Of a stretch of DNA of 64,000 nucleotides, positions 25,030 to 36,104 are shown piece by piece. Made by a program: the position numbers and the translations under genes. The notes beneath the pieces were generated by a model that had not been told where the DNA came from, did no database searches, and saw nothing but the letters and a program-made list of their open reading frames with translations. The stretch covers positions 176,910,057-176,974,056 of the forward strand of contig NC_092374.1 in assembly GCF_030028105.1 (NCBI RefSeq). The letters run 5' to 3'. Origin of the DNA: Mobula birostris (lineage: Eukaryota). The number at the start of each line of letters is the position of its first letter. Position 1 is the first letter of the stretch.

Positions 25030-25880
25030 TCATCGCCATGGCAGCAGAGGGGAATCCAAGCCAGGCTGAAACACAGAGGAATGAGGCCTCCTTGACCCGG
25101 CATCTTGTTGGTGAATGTACAATCGCTTGAGAATAAAATTGATGATCTGAGGGCAAGACAGTTGTATCAGAGGCAGATGGAAGACATCTCAGTTATTTAC
25201 TGTATTGAGACACGCCAGATGCAGCAGTCAGTCCAGAAGGATTTATGATTTATAGAATGGATTGAAGTGCTGACTCGTGTAATGCAGTGGGAGGATGTGT
25301 CTGTTTCATGGTCAATTCCCACTGGTGATCCGACATGCCAGTTCTGTTGAACTCCTGCTGCCCCAGCTTGGAACACTGAACAGTTAAATGCCATCCTGAG
25401 GAGTTCCCATGTGTAATCCTGAGGCTCCAGAGATTAGGACAACTAAGGGTTGGTCGCGGAAGGGAGAGGAACGATTACAGGATTGTTTTGAGTCAGTGGA
25501 CTGGGCCATATTTAAACATTAATCTAGAGACTTGAATGACTACATCGTGGCTGTAATGGACTTTATTAAAACAGCTGTAGATGAGTGTGTTCCAACTAAA
25601 TCATTCAGCATATTCCCCAATCAGAAGCCCTGGATGAACTATTAGATCCGAAACTTGCTGAGAGCCAGATCAGAGGTGTTAAAGTCTGGAGACCAAGAAA
25701 GCTTCAACGGGTTTCCAGACCTGTTAATCTCCAGAAAGTCATCTCACGGGCGAGGTGGAGATTCCAGACCACCACTGGGCTTGAATGCAAAGTTAAATCA
25801 AGCAGCAGGGCTCGTCTTGGAGATAACCTCAATGCTCATTTTGACCATCAGATCTCTTTTTCACCACATCTCCCAATGAT
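25030..25880 (+). mobile_element. Rex1/Babar N-terminal (APE) fragments with internal deletions
   Basis: RGIQARLKHRGMRP...ILLVNVQSLENKIDDLRAR; later FPNQKPWMN motif. Confidence 0.75.
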
Positions 25881-26149
25881 CTTTTAATCTCAGTGTCACA
25901 ACTACGGATTCGGCAGCACAGTAGATATGCAATTGCACTTGTGAATTTGCACATGTCTGCTAATTATTATTTAATCGTGATAGTATTCAACTCCATACTT
26001 GTCGTTATCGTGCTTGTTGAGACTTGGATAGAGCACAGCAATGTTTTGCTTTTGTTTTGAGTTGGCCTTGCCTGAGAAATTGGACTGTGGAGTCAACTGA
26101 CTCTGAAGACTCACAGTATTCGTTTAATAATTAGATGTTCTTTTCAGCC

Positions 26150-27050
26150 GCAGTGTAGACTGTCTACCTGTCTGGATCCAGCTCAAGCTCTGTTCCATGT
26201 ATCCCCTCCTGTGTCAGCCAAGGATGTGGACCTGTCCGGGATTCCGGCTGAATATATGCATCAGCCTGGGGTTTTCAGTAAAAGAAAGGCCACCACCCAG
26301 CCCCCACACTGGCCATACGACCGTGCCATAGACCTCCTACCTAGCACTAGTCTTCCCCAGGGCCGGCTCTGTTCCCTCTCTCGTCTTGAAATGTTGGCGA
26401 TGGAGGAATACGTCAAGGAGGTATTAAGCATGGGGTTTATCCATCAGCCAACCTCACCGGCAGGAGCGGGCTTCTTTTTATTGAGCAAGAAAGATGGCAA
26501 GCTCCGTCCCTGCATCGACTATCAGCCCCCGATCAGAATCATTGTGAAGAACCACTACCCTCTTCCCTTGTTGCCGTCTGCGTTTGAACATCTCCAGGGA
26601 GCAACAATATTTCCCAAAATTGACCTGTGCAATGCTTACAGTCTGATTCGCAGAAGAGAAGGGGATGAGTGGAAAACAGCTTTCAGCACCTTTAATGGCC
26701 ACTATGAATATCTGGTGATGCCTTTTGTTCTGGTCGACACCCCCGCTGTATCCTAGGCATTGATTAACGATGTGTTCAGGGACATGTTGAACCAGCGTGT
26801 GCTTCTATATTTAGAAGACATCATTATCTATTCCCACTCTCATCAGGAGCACATCCAGCATGTCCAGAGAGTACTCAGATGCCTTCTTGAAAACGACCCG
26901 TATGCCAAGCCTGAAAAATGTGAATTCCATAAAGACTAGGTGTCATTTTTAGGCTATATACTTACCCCATCCAGTGTTCAAATGGACCCTAATAAAGTTC
27001 AGGCTGTTGCAGAATGGCCCAAACCGTCTACAGAGAAACAGGTACAGCCA
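26150..27050 (+). mobile_element. Gypsy (chromovirus/Sushi-like) RT fragment
   Basis: PPHWPYDRAIDLLP...SPAGAGFFLLSKKDGKLRPCIDY...YPLP...DEWKTAF...GHYEYLVMPF...YLEDIIIYS...KPEKCEFH. Confidence 0.9.
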
Positions 27051-27139
27051 ACAGAAATGCAAGCACAGGTGACAGCCGTACAAGTGCCCATGCTACACCT
27101 TTTACTTGAAGGGAGGAGCCGAAGGAGAAGTTATTGAGA

Positions 27140-27595
27140 GAGAGGAACAGTTTCACTAGGTGGAGGAGAGTGGTGATGGAGGGGAACTGGTTGGGTCTGG
27201 TGTCCAGAAAGAAATAGAGAACTTTGAGGCCATTCTAGTGGGATGTGGAGGTGTATAGGGTTGGGTATCTACAGTGAAAATAAGATGATCAGGTCCAGTG
27301 AACTTGAAATTATTGAAAAGATCAAGAGGGTGTGAAGTGTCAAGGATGTAGGCGGTTAGGGACTGAATGGGGGTGGGGGTGGGGGGATAAAACTGAGTAG
27401 AGGTCTGCAGACATACGTTCAGTGGAGCAGGGACTAGCAGAAACAATAGGTCTACCTGGAGAGGCAGGGTTCTGGATCTTGGGCAGTTGGTAGAAACGGG
27501 CTGTACGGGGGCAGGAACTATGAGGTTGGTGGCAGTGGATGGGAGATCCCCAGAGTTAATAAGGTCAGTGATGGTATAGGAGACTGTTGACAATC
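27140..27595 (-). mobile_element. PLE reverse transcriptase N-terminal fragment
   Basis: TITDLINSGDLPSTATNLIVP...QSLTAYILDT...FKFTGPDHLIFTVD, frameshifted PLE RT motifs. Confidence 0.8.
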
Positions 27596-27811
27596 TTCTG
27601 AGACCCTGGAGTGGGGGACTGTACTACAACAATTGAGGGGCTCTCTCAGTGAACCTGGCCACTCCCTGTCCAGTAGCGGAAGAACACTATTCTGTGATCA
27701 TTCCCTAACCAGCCCTGTTTCATGAAGTATGACTGAATCAGCGGGTCAGGCTGCAGCTGTGGAGGGATCTGGACAGTGGACGTTTTGTGTCAACACTGCA
27801 TTTCATAGGAA

Positions 27812-30800
27812 AAAAAACATAGAAAATAGGTGCAGGAGTAGGTCATTCAGCCCTTCGAGCCTGCACCGCCATTCAGTATAATCATGGCTGATCATCAACC
27901 TCAGAACCCTGTACCTACCTTCCCCCCATACCACCGATCCCTTTAGCCACAAGGGCCATATCTAACTCCCTCTTAAATATAGCCAATGAACTGGCCTTAA
28001 CTGTTTCCTGTGGCAGAGAATTCCACCGATTAACCACTCTCTGTGTGAAGAAGTTTTTCCTCATCTCGGTCCTAAAAGGCGTCCCCTTTATCCTTAAACT
28101 GTGACCCCTCGTTCTGGACTTCCCCAACATTGGGAACAATCTTCCTGCATCTAGCCTGTCCAATCCCTTTAGAATTTTATACATTTCAATAAGATCCCCA
28201 CTCAATCTTCTAAATTCCAGTGAGTATACGCCTAGTCGATCCCATCTTTCTTCATATGAAAGTCCTGCCATCCCAGGAATCAACCTGGTGAACCTTCTTT
28301 TTACTCCCGCTATGGCAAAATGTCTTTCCTCAGATTCGGGGACCAAAACTTCACCCAATAGTCCAGGTGTGGTGTCACCAAGGCCTTGTACAACTGCAGT
28401 AGAACCTCCCTGCTCCTGTACTCAAATCCTCTTGCTATGAATGCCAACATACCATTCGCCTTTTTCACCGCCTGCTGTACCTGCATGCCCACTTTCAATG
28501 ACTCGTGTACAATGACACGCAGGTCTCGTTGCACCTTCCCTTTCCCTAATTGGCCACCAGTCAGATAATAATCTGTGTTCCTGTTCTTGCCACCAAAGTG
28601 GATAACCTCACATTTATCCACGTTAAATTGCATCTGCCATGAATTTGCCCACTCACCTAACCTATCCAAGTCACCCTGCATCCTCTTTGCATCCTCCTCA
28701 CAGCTAACACTGCTGCCCAGCTTCGTGTCATCTGCAAACTTGAAGATGCTGCACTTAATTCCCTCTTCTAAATCATTAATATATATTGTAAACAACTGGG
28801 GTCCCAGTACTGAGCCTTGCGGTACCCCACTAGTCACTGCCTGCCATTCTGAAAAGCTCCTGTTTATTCCCACTCTTTGCTTCCTGTCTGCCAACCAATT
28901 CTCTATCCACATCAATACCATACTCCCAATACCATGTGCTTTAAGTTTGCATACTAATCTCCTGTGTGGGACCTTGTCAAAAGCCTTTTGAAAGTTCAAA
29001 TATACCACATCCACTGGTTCTCCCCTATCCACTCTACTAATTACATCCTCAAAAAATTCTATAAGATTAGTCAGACATGATATTCCTTTCACAAATCCAT
29101 GCTGACTTTGTCCGATGATTTCACTGCTTTCCAAATGTGCTGTTATCACATCTTTGATAACTGACTCTAGCATTTTCCCCACCTCCGATGCCAGGATAAC
29201 CGGTCTATAATTCCCCAGTTTCTCTCTCCCTCCCTTTTTAAAAAGTGGGGTTACATTAGCCACCCTCCAATGCTCAGAAACTAATCCAGAATCTAAAGAG
29301 TTTTGAAAAATAATCACTAATGCATCCATTATCTCTTGGGCTACTTCCTTAAGCGCTCTGGGATGCAGACCATCCGGCCATGGGGATTTATCTGCCTTCA
29401 ATCCCTTCAATTTACCTAACACCACTTCCCTACTAACATGTATTTCCCTCAGTTCCTCCATCTCACTTGACCCTCAGTCCCCCACAATTTCTGGAAGATT
29501 ATTTATGTCCTCGTTAGTGAAGACAGAACGAAAGTAGTTATTCAATTGGTCTGCCATATCCTTGTTCCCCATGATCAATTCACCTGTTTCTGACTGTAAG
29601 GAACCTACATTTGTCTTAACCAATCTTTTTCTTTTCACATATCAATAAAAGTTTTTACAGTCAGTTTTTATGTTCCCTGCCAGCTTTCTCTCATATTCTT
29701 TTTTCCCTTTCCTAATTAAGCCCTTTGTCCACCTCTGCTGGACTCTGAATTTCTCCCAGTCCTCAGGTGTGCCGTTTTTTCTGGCTAATTTGTATGTTTC
29801 TTCTTTGGAATTGATACTATCCCTAATTTCCTTTGTCAGCCACGGGTGCACTACATTGCCTGGTTTATTCTTTTGTCAAACTGGGATGAACAATTGTTGT
29901 AGTTCATCCATGCAATCGTTAAATGCTTGCCATTGCATATCCACCGTCAACCCTTTAAGTATCATTTGCCAGTCTATCTTAGTTAATACACATCTTATAC
30001 CTTCAAAGTTACCCTTCTTTAAGTTCAGAATCTTTGTTTCTGAATTAACTATGGCACTCTCCATCTTAATGAAGAATTCTACCATATTATGGTCACCCTT
30101 AACCAAGGGGCCTCGCACGACAAGATTGCTAACTAACTCTTCCTCATTGCTTAATACCCAGTCTAGAATGGCCTGCTCTCTAGTTGGTTCCTCGACATGT
30201 TGGTTCAGAAAACCATCCTGCATGCATTCCAAGAAATCCTCTTCCTCAGCACCCTTACCAATTTGGTTCACCCAACCTATATGTAGATTGAAGTCACCCA
30301 TTATTACTTCTTTTCCTTTATTGCAATCATTTATAATTTCCTGTTATTGCCATCCTCAACCTCACTACTACTGTTAGGTGGCCTGTACACAACTCCCACC
30401 AGCGTTTTCTGCCCCTTAGTGTTATGCAGCTCTACCCATATTGATTCTGCATCCTCCAGGTTAAGGTCCTTTCTTTCTATTGCGTTAATCTCCTTTCTAA
30501 CCAGCAACGATACCCCACTTCCTTTTCTTTCATGTCTATCCCTCCTGAATATTGAATATCCCTGAATGTTGAGCTCCCATCCTTGGTCACCCTCAAGCCA
30601 TGTCTCTGTGATCCCAACTATATCATATTCATTAATAAATATCTGCACATTCAATTCATCCACCTTGTTATGAATGCTCCTTGCATTGACACACAAAGCC
30701 TTTAGGCTCTTTTTACAACACTCTTAGGCCTTACAACTATGTTGAAAAGTGGCCCTTTTTGATTTTTGCCCTGGATTTGCCTGCCTTTTCACCTTACTAC

Positions 30801-31165
30801 TTTTTGCTTCTACCCTCATTTTACACCCCTCTGTCTCTCTGCACTTGTTCCCACCTCCCGCCACGTAAGTTTAAATCCTCCTGAAAAACAGTAGCAAACG
30901 CTCCCCCAGGACATTGGTTCCAGCCCAGCCCAGGTGCAGACCGTCCTGTTTGTACTGATCCCACCTCCTCCAGAGCTGGTTCCAATGCCCCAGAAATTTG
31001 AATCCCTCCCCCTTGCACCATTTTTCAATCCACGTATTCATCTGATATATTCTCCTATTTCTACTCTGACTAGCACGTGGCACTGGTAGTAATCCAGAGA
31101 TTATTACCTTTGTAGTCCTACTTTTTAGTTTATCTCCTAACTTCCTAAATTCACCTTGTAGGACC
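27812..31165 (-). mobile_element. Near full-length CR1 (HER1-like): ORF1 esterase end, ORF2 APE and RT, 3' tail
   Basis: VIISGLLP/GLHL (ORF1); CVNARSI...ITETWL, GDFN (APE); GNYRPV, QHGFVKG, GVPQGSVLGP, KFADDTK (RT); tail aaacatagaaaatagg. Frameshifted. Confidence 0.95.
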
Positions 31166-31169
31166 CCAA

Positions 31170-31480
31170 CAGAGCAGGCGATGTTGTAGTGGGCAACGGA
31201 GTAGAGGGAGACAGAGAAGGAAGGCTTTGCCTTGAGAGGCTTCGGCGAGCAGAGGCTGAGGACGAGCTTCACTCCAAGTGAGGTAAGGCTGGGTAAGTTC
31301 CTTTAAAAGGAGAACAGTCTGCAGTGGTATTTTATTTGAAGTAAGGAAGGTGGTGAGGCTGTAGCTCATTAAGTGAGCTAGGGTAGTAGCAATAGTTGTT
31401 TTAACAACTCTGAGGGAAAGAGTGGCACCACTGCGCAGATGCGTGATGTCAGCCGGGTGAGCACCGAGTGTTTTAAAAAA
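31170..31480 (+). mobile_element. CR1 5' UTR fragments
   Basis: gaggcttcggcgagcagaggctgaggacgagcttcactccaagtgaggtaag, similar to the CR1 leaders at about 5500 and 32870. Confidence 0.5.
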
Positions 31481-31811
31481 GAGGGCCTCCCTATCCTCCT
31501 CTACAGTAAAGTTGAAGCCACACTCAGGTTGGAGGAACAACGCCTTATATTCCATCTGGGTAGCCTCCAACCTGATGGCATGAACATTGACTTCTCAAAC
31601 TTCCGCTAATGCCCCACCTCCTCCTCGTACCCCATCCGTTATTTATTTATATACACACATTCTTTCTCTCTCTCTCCTTTTTCTCCCTCTGTCCCTCTGC
31701 CCATACTCCTTGCCCATCCTCTGGGTTTCCCCCCCCACCCCCTTTTCCTTCTCCCTGGGCCTCCTGTCCCATGATCCTCTCATATCCCTTTTGCCATTCA
31801 GCTGTCCAGCT

Positions 31812-32572
31812 AAAACTCACAACACGCTGGAGGAACTCAGCAGGTCGGGCAGCATCCGTGGAAAAGATCGGTTGACGTTTTGGGCCGGAACTCTTCGTCA
31901 GGACTGTGGGGGGAAGGGGCAGAGGCCCTATAAAGAAGGTGGGGGGAGGGTGGGAAGGAGAAGGCTGGTAGGTTCCAGGTGAAAAACCAGTAAGGGGAAA
32001 GATAAAGGGGTGGGGGAAGGGAGGCAGGGAGGTGATAGGCAGGAAAGGTGAAGAAGGAATAGGGGAAAACACAATAGGTAGTAGAAGGAGGCGGAACCAT
32101 CAGGGAGGTGGTAGGCAGCTGGGGGAGGGGGCAGGGTGACATAGGGATAGGGGAAGTGGGGGGAAGGAATTACAGGAAGTTGGAGAATTCTATGTTCATA
32201 CCAAGGGGCTGGAGACTACCTAGATGGTATATGAGGTGTTGCTCCTACAACCTGAGTTTAGCCTCATCATGGCAGTAGAGAAGGCCATGTATGGACATAT
32301 CTGAATGGGAATGGGAAGCAGAGTTGCAGTGGGTGGCTACTGGGAGATCCTGTCTGTTGTGGCGGACGGAGTGGTGGTGCTCGACGAAGCGGTCCCCGAA
32401 TCTGCGTCGGGTTTCACCGATGTAGAGCAGGCCACACCGGGAGCACTGGATGCAATAGATGACCTCAACAGACTCACAAGTGAAGTGTTGTCTCACCTGG
32501 AAGTACTGTTTGGGGCCCTGAATGGTGGCAAGAGAGGAGGTGTAGGGACAGGTGTAGCACTTGCGCTTACAG
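31812..32572 (-). mobile_element. 5'-truncated PLE (GIY-YIG and pLTR) with 8-bp flanking duplication GTCCAGCT
   Basis: VIYCIQCSRCGLLYIGETRRRFGDRFVEH; GTCCAGCT at 31804-31811 and 32573-32580; same subfamily as 2052-3155. Confidence 0.9.
31870..31905 (-). ncRNA. Degenerate hammerhead motif
   Basis: agtc-CTGACGA-agagttccggccc-AAAAC-GTC-aacc. Confidence 0.6.
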
Positions 32573-32671
32573 GTCCAGCTCTTGGCTCCAATCCTCCCCC
32601 TCCTGTCTTATCCTATCATTTTGGATCTCCCCCTCCCACTTTCAAATCTCTTACTAGCTCTTCCTTCAGTT

Positions 32672-32707
32672 AGTCCTGACAAAGGATCTCGGCCCGAAAC
32701 GTCGACT
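32672..32707 (+). ncRNA. Minimal type I hammerhead ribozyme motif (best-preserved copy)
   Basis: agtc-CTGACAA-aggatctcggccc-GAAAC-GTC-gact: helix I AGTC/GACT, palindromic ACGT helix III, GUC triplet; G8 changed to A. Confidence 0.75.
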
Positions 32708-32809
32708 GTACCTCTTCCTATAGATGCTGCCTGGCCTGCTGCGTTCACCAGCAACTCTGATGTGTGTTGCTTGAATTTCCAGCATCTGCAGAATTCCTTG
32801 TGTTTGCGA

Positions 32810-33348
32810 CCTCCCTATCTAGCGGGCAGCGGAGTGAGTGGTATCAGAGTGAAAGGGTTTTGGCTGAAGTGAGCAGACACTGAGGAGGAGCTTGCTTCCA
32901 GTGAGGCCAATACCACTCCCGAGGCAGTCGGCAATGTTCCACGTCCACATTTCAAAAGTTGAGGCAACGTAATGGGTAGGTCATGATAGCTGTGATCGGC
33001 CCCGTGGTTTGTTCATCCTGCAGCATGTGGGAAATCAGGGATACCTCCAGTGTCCCTGACGACTATGTGTGCAGGAAATGTGTCCAGCTGCAGCTTCTGG
33101 CTGACGGCATTGAGCGGCTGGAGCTGCGACTGGATTCATACTGGAGCATCCGCGATGCTGAGAAAGTCGTGAATAGCACGTTCAATGAGCTGGTCACACC
33201 GCAGGTAAAGGCTACACAGGCAGAAAGGGAATGGGTGGCCATTAGACAGCGTAGCAGCAGGTAGGTTGTGCAGGAGTCCCCTTGGGTCATCTTCCTCCTA
33301 AACAGATACAGTATACTGTTTTGGATACTGTTGGGGGAGATGTCTCAT
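32810..33348 (+). mobile_element. CR1 5' UTR and ORF1 N-terminus (PHD-like), 3'-truncated
   Basis: VVCSSCSMWEIRDTSSVPDDYVCRKCVQLQLL...LELRLD; CpG unusually retained. Confidence 0.85.
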
Positions 33349-33429
33349 CAACTTCATTTCCCTTCACATTTGCTGCCTGGCCCGCCCAGTTCTTCCAGAA
33401 GTTTTGTCTTACCCAGTGATTGGAGAAGG

Positions 33430-33940
33430 TTTGTGCTGAGCAGCTTCCCTCGGGCTATTGGGAGGTTTCTGAAATTTACATTCGCCGGATTTGATGCAAC
33501 ACGACTGGAAGTGGTTTGGCTCCACTCCCACCCGCGATCAGCCGACACTCCGCTGCCCCCACAGTCCATTTCTGTAGAAGGATTTTCAGTTACTGGCTGC
33601 ACCTGCACCTACTGGCCGCGTCTGTGAATCTGACTCCACCCTCAGCAGTTCACTGACTAACGATCAGTGTTCAGTCGATGCGAGGAGTCGTCGCAATGGA
33701 GAGCTGGACCGGACCGGTATCGCTCCTTGTCACCGCGTTATCTCTCTGCTCTGTCGCGGGAGACCAGGCAGGTGAGGCGAGGGTATGTGACGGCGATGGT
33801 CGGGGGTTGTGTCGGGAAATTCACCTTTAAATCTTTTGGAGTTCCTGGCTGTCGCTCCATTAGACGGCAGGACGAACTCATCGCACTCCTATGTTCTCAT
33901 TTCACTCTTATCAAATTTCTGGAGTTGATGAACTCGGGGC
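33430..33940. promoter_or_regulatory. CpG island / promoter of host gene
   Basis: Dense CpG in non-repeat sequence against a CpG-depleted background; inverted CCAAT (gattgg at 33418, tattgg at about 33455); overlaps the leader exon. Confidence 0.75.
33696..33771 (+). CDS. First coding exon (signal peptide) of an unidentified secreted or membrane protein; leader 1a
   Basis: gcaATGg Kozak; MESWTGPVSLLVTALSLCSVAGDQA plus 1 nt; donor CAG|GTGAGG, phase 1. An in-frame upstream ATG at 33678 would add MRGVVA. Confidence 0.75.
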
Positions 33941-34080
33941 AAAATGATCCTTGAATATGTTTCACAGGTGGATAGGAATTGTCGCCAGCTCCCAGAGGAA
34001 AGTCCCACAATCTTAACAGAGGCATCACATTAAAGCAATTAATCTGAGTTTAACTATCCCGTAACTGCCATATTACGTCA
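33814..34080. promoter_or_regulatory. NF-kB and CRE-like motifs in proximal intron
   Basis: GGGAAATTCA 33814-33823; GGAAAGTCCC (exact reverse of GGGACTTTCC) 33997-34006; TTACGTCA 34073-34080. Confidence 0.5.
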
Positions 34081-34884
34081 GTCTGTTTCACAATACCAGA
34101 GAAATGCCCCTGTTCTACCCATTCCTCTAGGGTCTGCACACACATAGCGGTCCGAGTGGCCTCTTTCTGTGCTTTATGTGTGAATGACTTCTCTGCTAAC
34201 AAAAACTAACTTGATTTCTCTCATTCCAAGTTCTGACTCAGGCTCCCGAATCTGAAACATTCATTCTTTGTCTCCCGGCAGATGCTACCCGAACTATTGC
34301 AAGATTTCCATCTTGGCCATTAAACATTAGCCCTGTTTCTCTGTCCTTGCATGCTATCGGAACTGCGGAGCTTTCCGTCTTTATCTTGAGATATTAACAG
34401 TTCCTCTTTTCCCCCGATACTGCCTGGCCTGTTGACTATTGTCAGAACTTTTTCTTTCTATTTTCAAAGTGCAACAAGAGTTGGCTCTAAGTTTTGGCGA
34501 TTGCTGTGGTAATAGATTGGCAGAACATTGATGCATGCTATGTACAAAGACTTCTGGGAGGTTTTGTAAAATCGCCAGGTTAACACCGCTCATGCCAAAT
34601 GATGCAGCGGGAAGTGGAGGCAGTTGCCAGTGGACATGAGTGGCGATTTCATCAAAGCTCTGGTGTTGGGGTGGTTGGTCAGTATGTTTACACATGGCAG
34701 ACTAAGGGAGAGTGTTCTGTGTCTGCACTGGCTGCTTACAGAAAATACAATGAAAAAGGAAGCAGAAGAAATAGAAGCCATAAATCACTAAGAACAATAT
34801 TGCTCAGTTTCAGTTAATTTAGGTAGCCGGGAATTTAGGACGCTCAGGGAGGTTTTAGGTACGTTCAGTCCAATTCATCGTTAT

Positions 34885-35112
34885 ATGCATAAGAATGTTT
34901 TTTTTCTCAGTGCCATACTCTGCGACCACTTTTTCAAGTGGTTGTCTTTGGAGGAAAGATTCTATGAGTGGCCCCCCAAGTCCTTCTCACAGCGCAGTGT
35001 TCTTCTTACGAGGCCGAGTTGCGTACTCGACACACAACCCGGCACGGATGGAAAGTTCGAATGGCTCCGGAGTCCAGAGCTGATGTCACTGCGCCACCAG
35101 CCGGCCGATAAG
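34885..35112 (-). mobile_element. Probable tRNA-head SINE with RTE-like pseudoknot segment
   Basis: Minus strand ggccggctggtggcgcagtgacatcagc (A-box-like), then tttccatccgtGCCGGGTTG...CAACTCGGCctcgtaa hairpin and A-rich end. Confidence 0.5.
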
Positions 35113-36037
35113 AATGGTAAGATACAGATAAAATGAAAATCTCGCTTGCAGCAGCATTACATCAGGCATATTCAGGGAACACACAGAATGACAGTTACGC
35201 AAAGCTTATGCAAGTCAATGAACAAAAATAACTGCCGATTGAAACAGCAGAGCTAAAAAAAACACACACACACAATCAGAGATGGCCAGCTGCAACAGTA
35301 CACGGGGAAGCAACAGTGGTTGTGCCTCTGGCACTGAGTCTGGCCCTGTGGCTCAGAAGGGTAGGGAATTAAGAGGACGGCAGCAGTAATAGGAGATTCT
35401 GTAGGCAGGGGGACAGATGGGTGATTCTGTAGAAGCAGAAAGGAAACACATGTAGGGTTCTCAGCAATACTAGATGGACTATTAACTGTTAATTGCTTAT
35501 TACCAAAATGGCTTCTCTGAAGTGTTATACTAAAATGGCTTCTCGTACTGTAAACTGCTGAGACAGGGGTTCTCTGTAACCGCAAGTGTTGCTTAGTGAA
35601 AATGGAAATTGTATTCATTTGCTAGCCAATGGAAGTCATGTTATGTTATCTTGCATGTGTGTGCTGAGTTGAGGAGCGCGGGCTTTTTCGGGAGGCGAGA
35701 AGAGAGGACGGACGTGCGGGGAACGGACAGCGGTTCCAGGACGGCAGATACCGGACCTCGGGGGTTCGGATGGTGGCCGGAGTCTCGGAAGGAAGTTGTG
35801 AATGGAATCGGAGGTGTGAGCTCCAACGTATTAAAATATTATGTGCACAAGACTGACAAGTTACTTATGTGGCGCCTTTTCTTTTAGTTGTTGCCAAAAC
35901 TTGCTATATAGTATAATTCGTTCCTCGCACTCGGTATATTGTTTGGTATTTGTGTCGTGGCTGATCATTGGGTGGCGGGGTCGACGCCTATTGACCCTAG
36001 GCAACGGGAGTCAGCTGGGGCAAAGACCATTACATTG

Positions 36038-36057
36038 TGGGGGCTCGACCCGCGGAT
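36038..36057 (+). other. Primer-binding site, tRNA-Pro type
   Basis: TGGGGGCTCG 3 nt after the 5' LTR matches the first 10 nt of the canonical tRNA-Pro PBS (TGGGGGCTCGTCCGGGAT). Confidence 0.75.
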
Positions 36058-36104
36058 TTCAATGCCGTCGGATAGTGTAAATCGCCCGAGTTAAATTAGA
36101 AGAG

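Larger units (their letters stand above)
31488..32806 (+). mobile_element. PLE 3' end/pLTR split by a second, opposite-strand PLE
   Basis: RLEEQRLIFHLGSLQPDGMNIDFSNFR* at about 31530-31608; pLTR resumes at 32573 and ends with the hammerhead and tail. Confidence 0.85.

Noticed and set aside
29670-30377. Long + strand ORFs (for example 235 aa here, 28575-28991, 39361-39723)
   Set aside because: Antisense shadows of CR1 ORF2 with no independent protein features.
31165-31480. Twin-priming inversion joining the minus CR1 with the plus 5' UTR
   Set aside because: The outer end of the inverted piece is still 5' UTR rather than sequence adjacent to the truncation point, and no shared TSD was seen.
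33349-33410. Ets-IRF composite (ACTTCATTTCC) upstream of the CpG island
   Set aside because: Falls within a degenerate PLE pLTR tail remnant and is likely incidental.
34885-35136. Open frame AILCDHFFKW...ADKN as coding exon 2 of the leader 1a gene
   Set aside because: That frame needs a phase-2 entry while the leader ends in phase 1, and the sequence looks like an antisense SINE.
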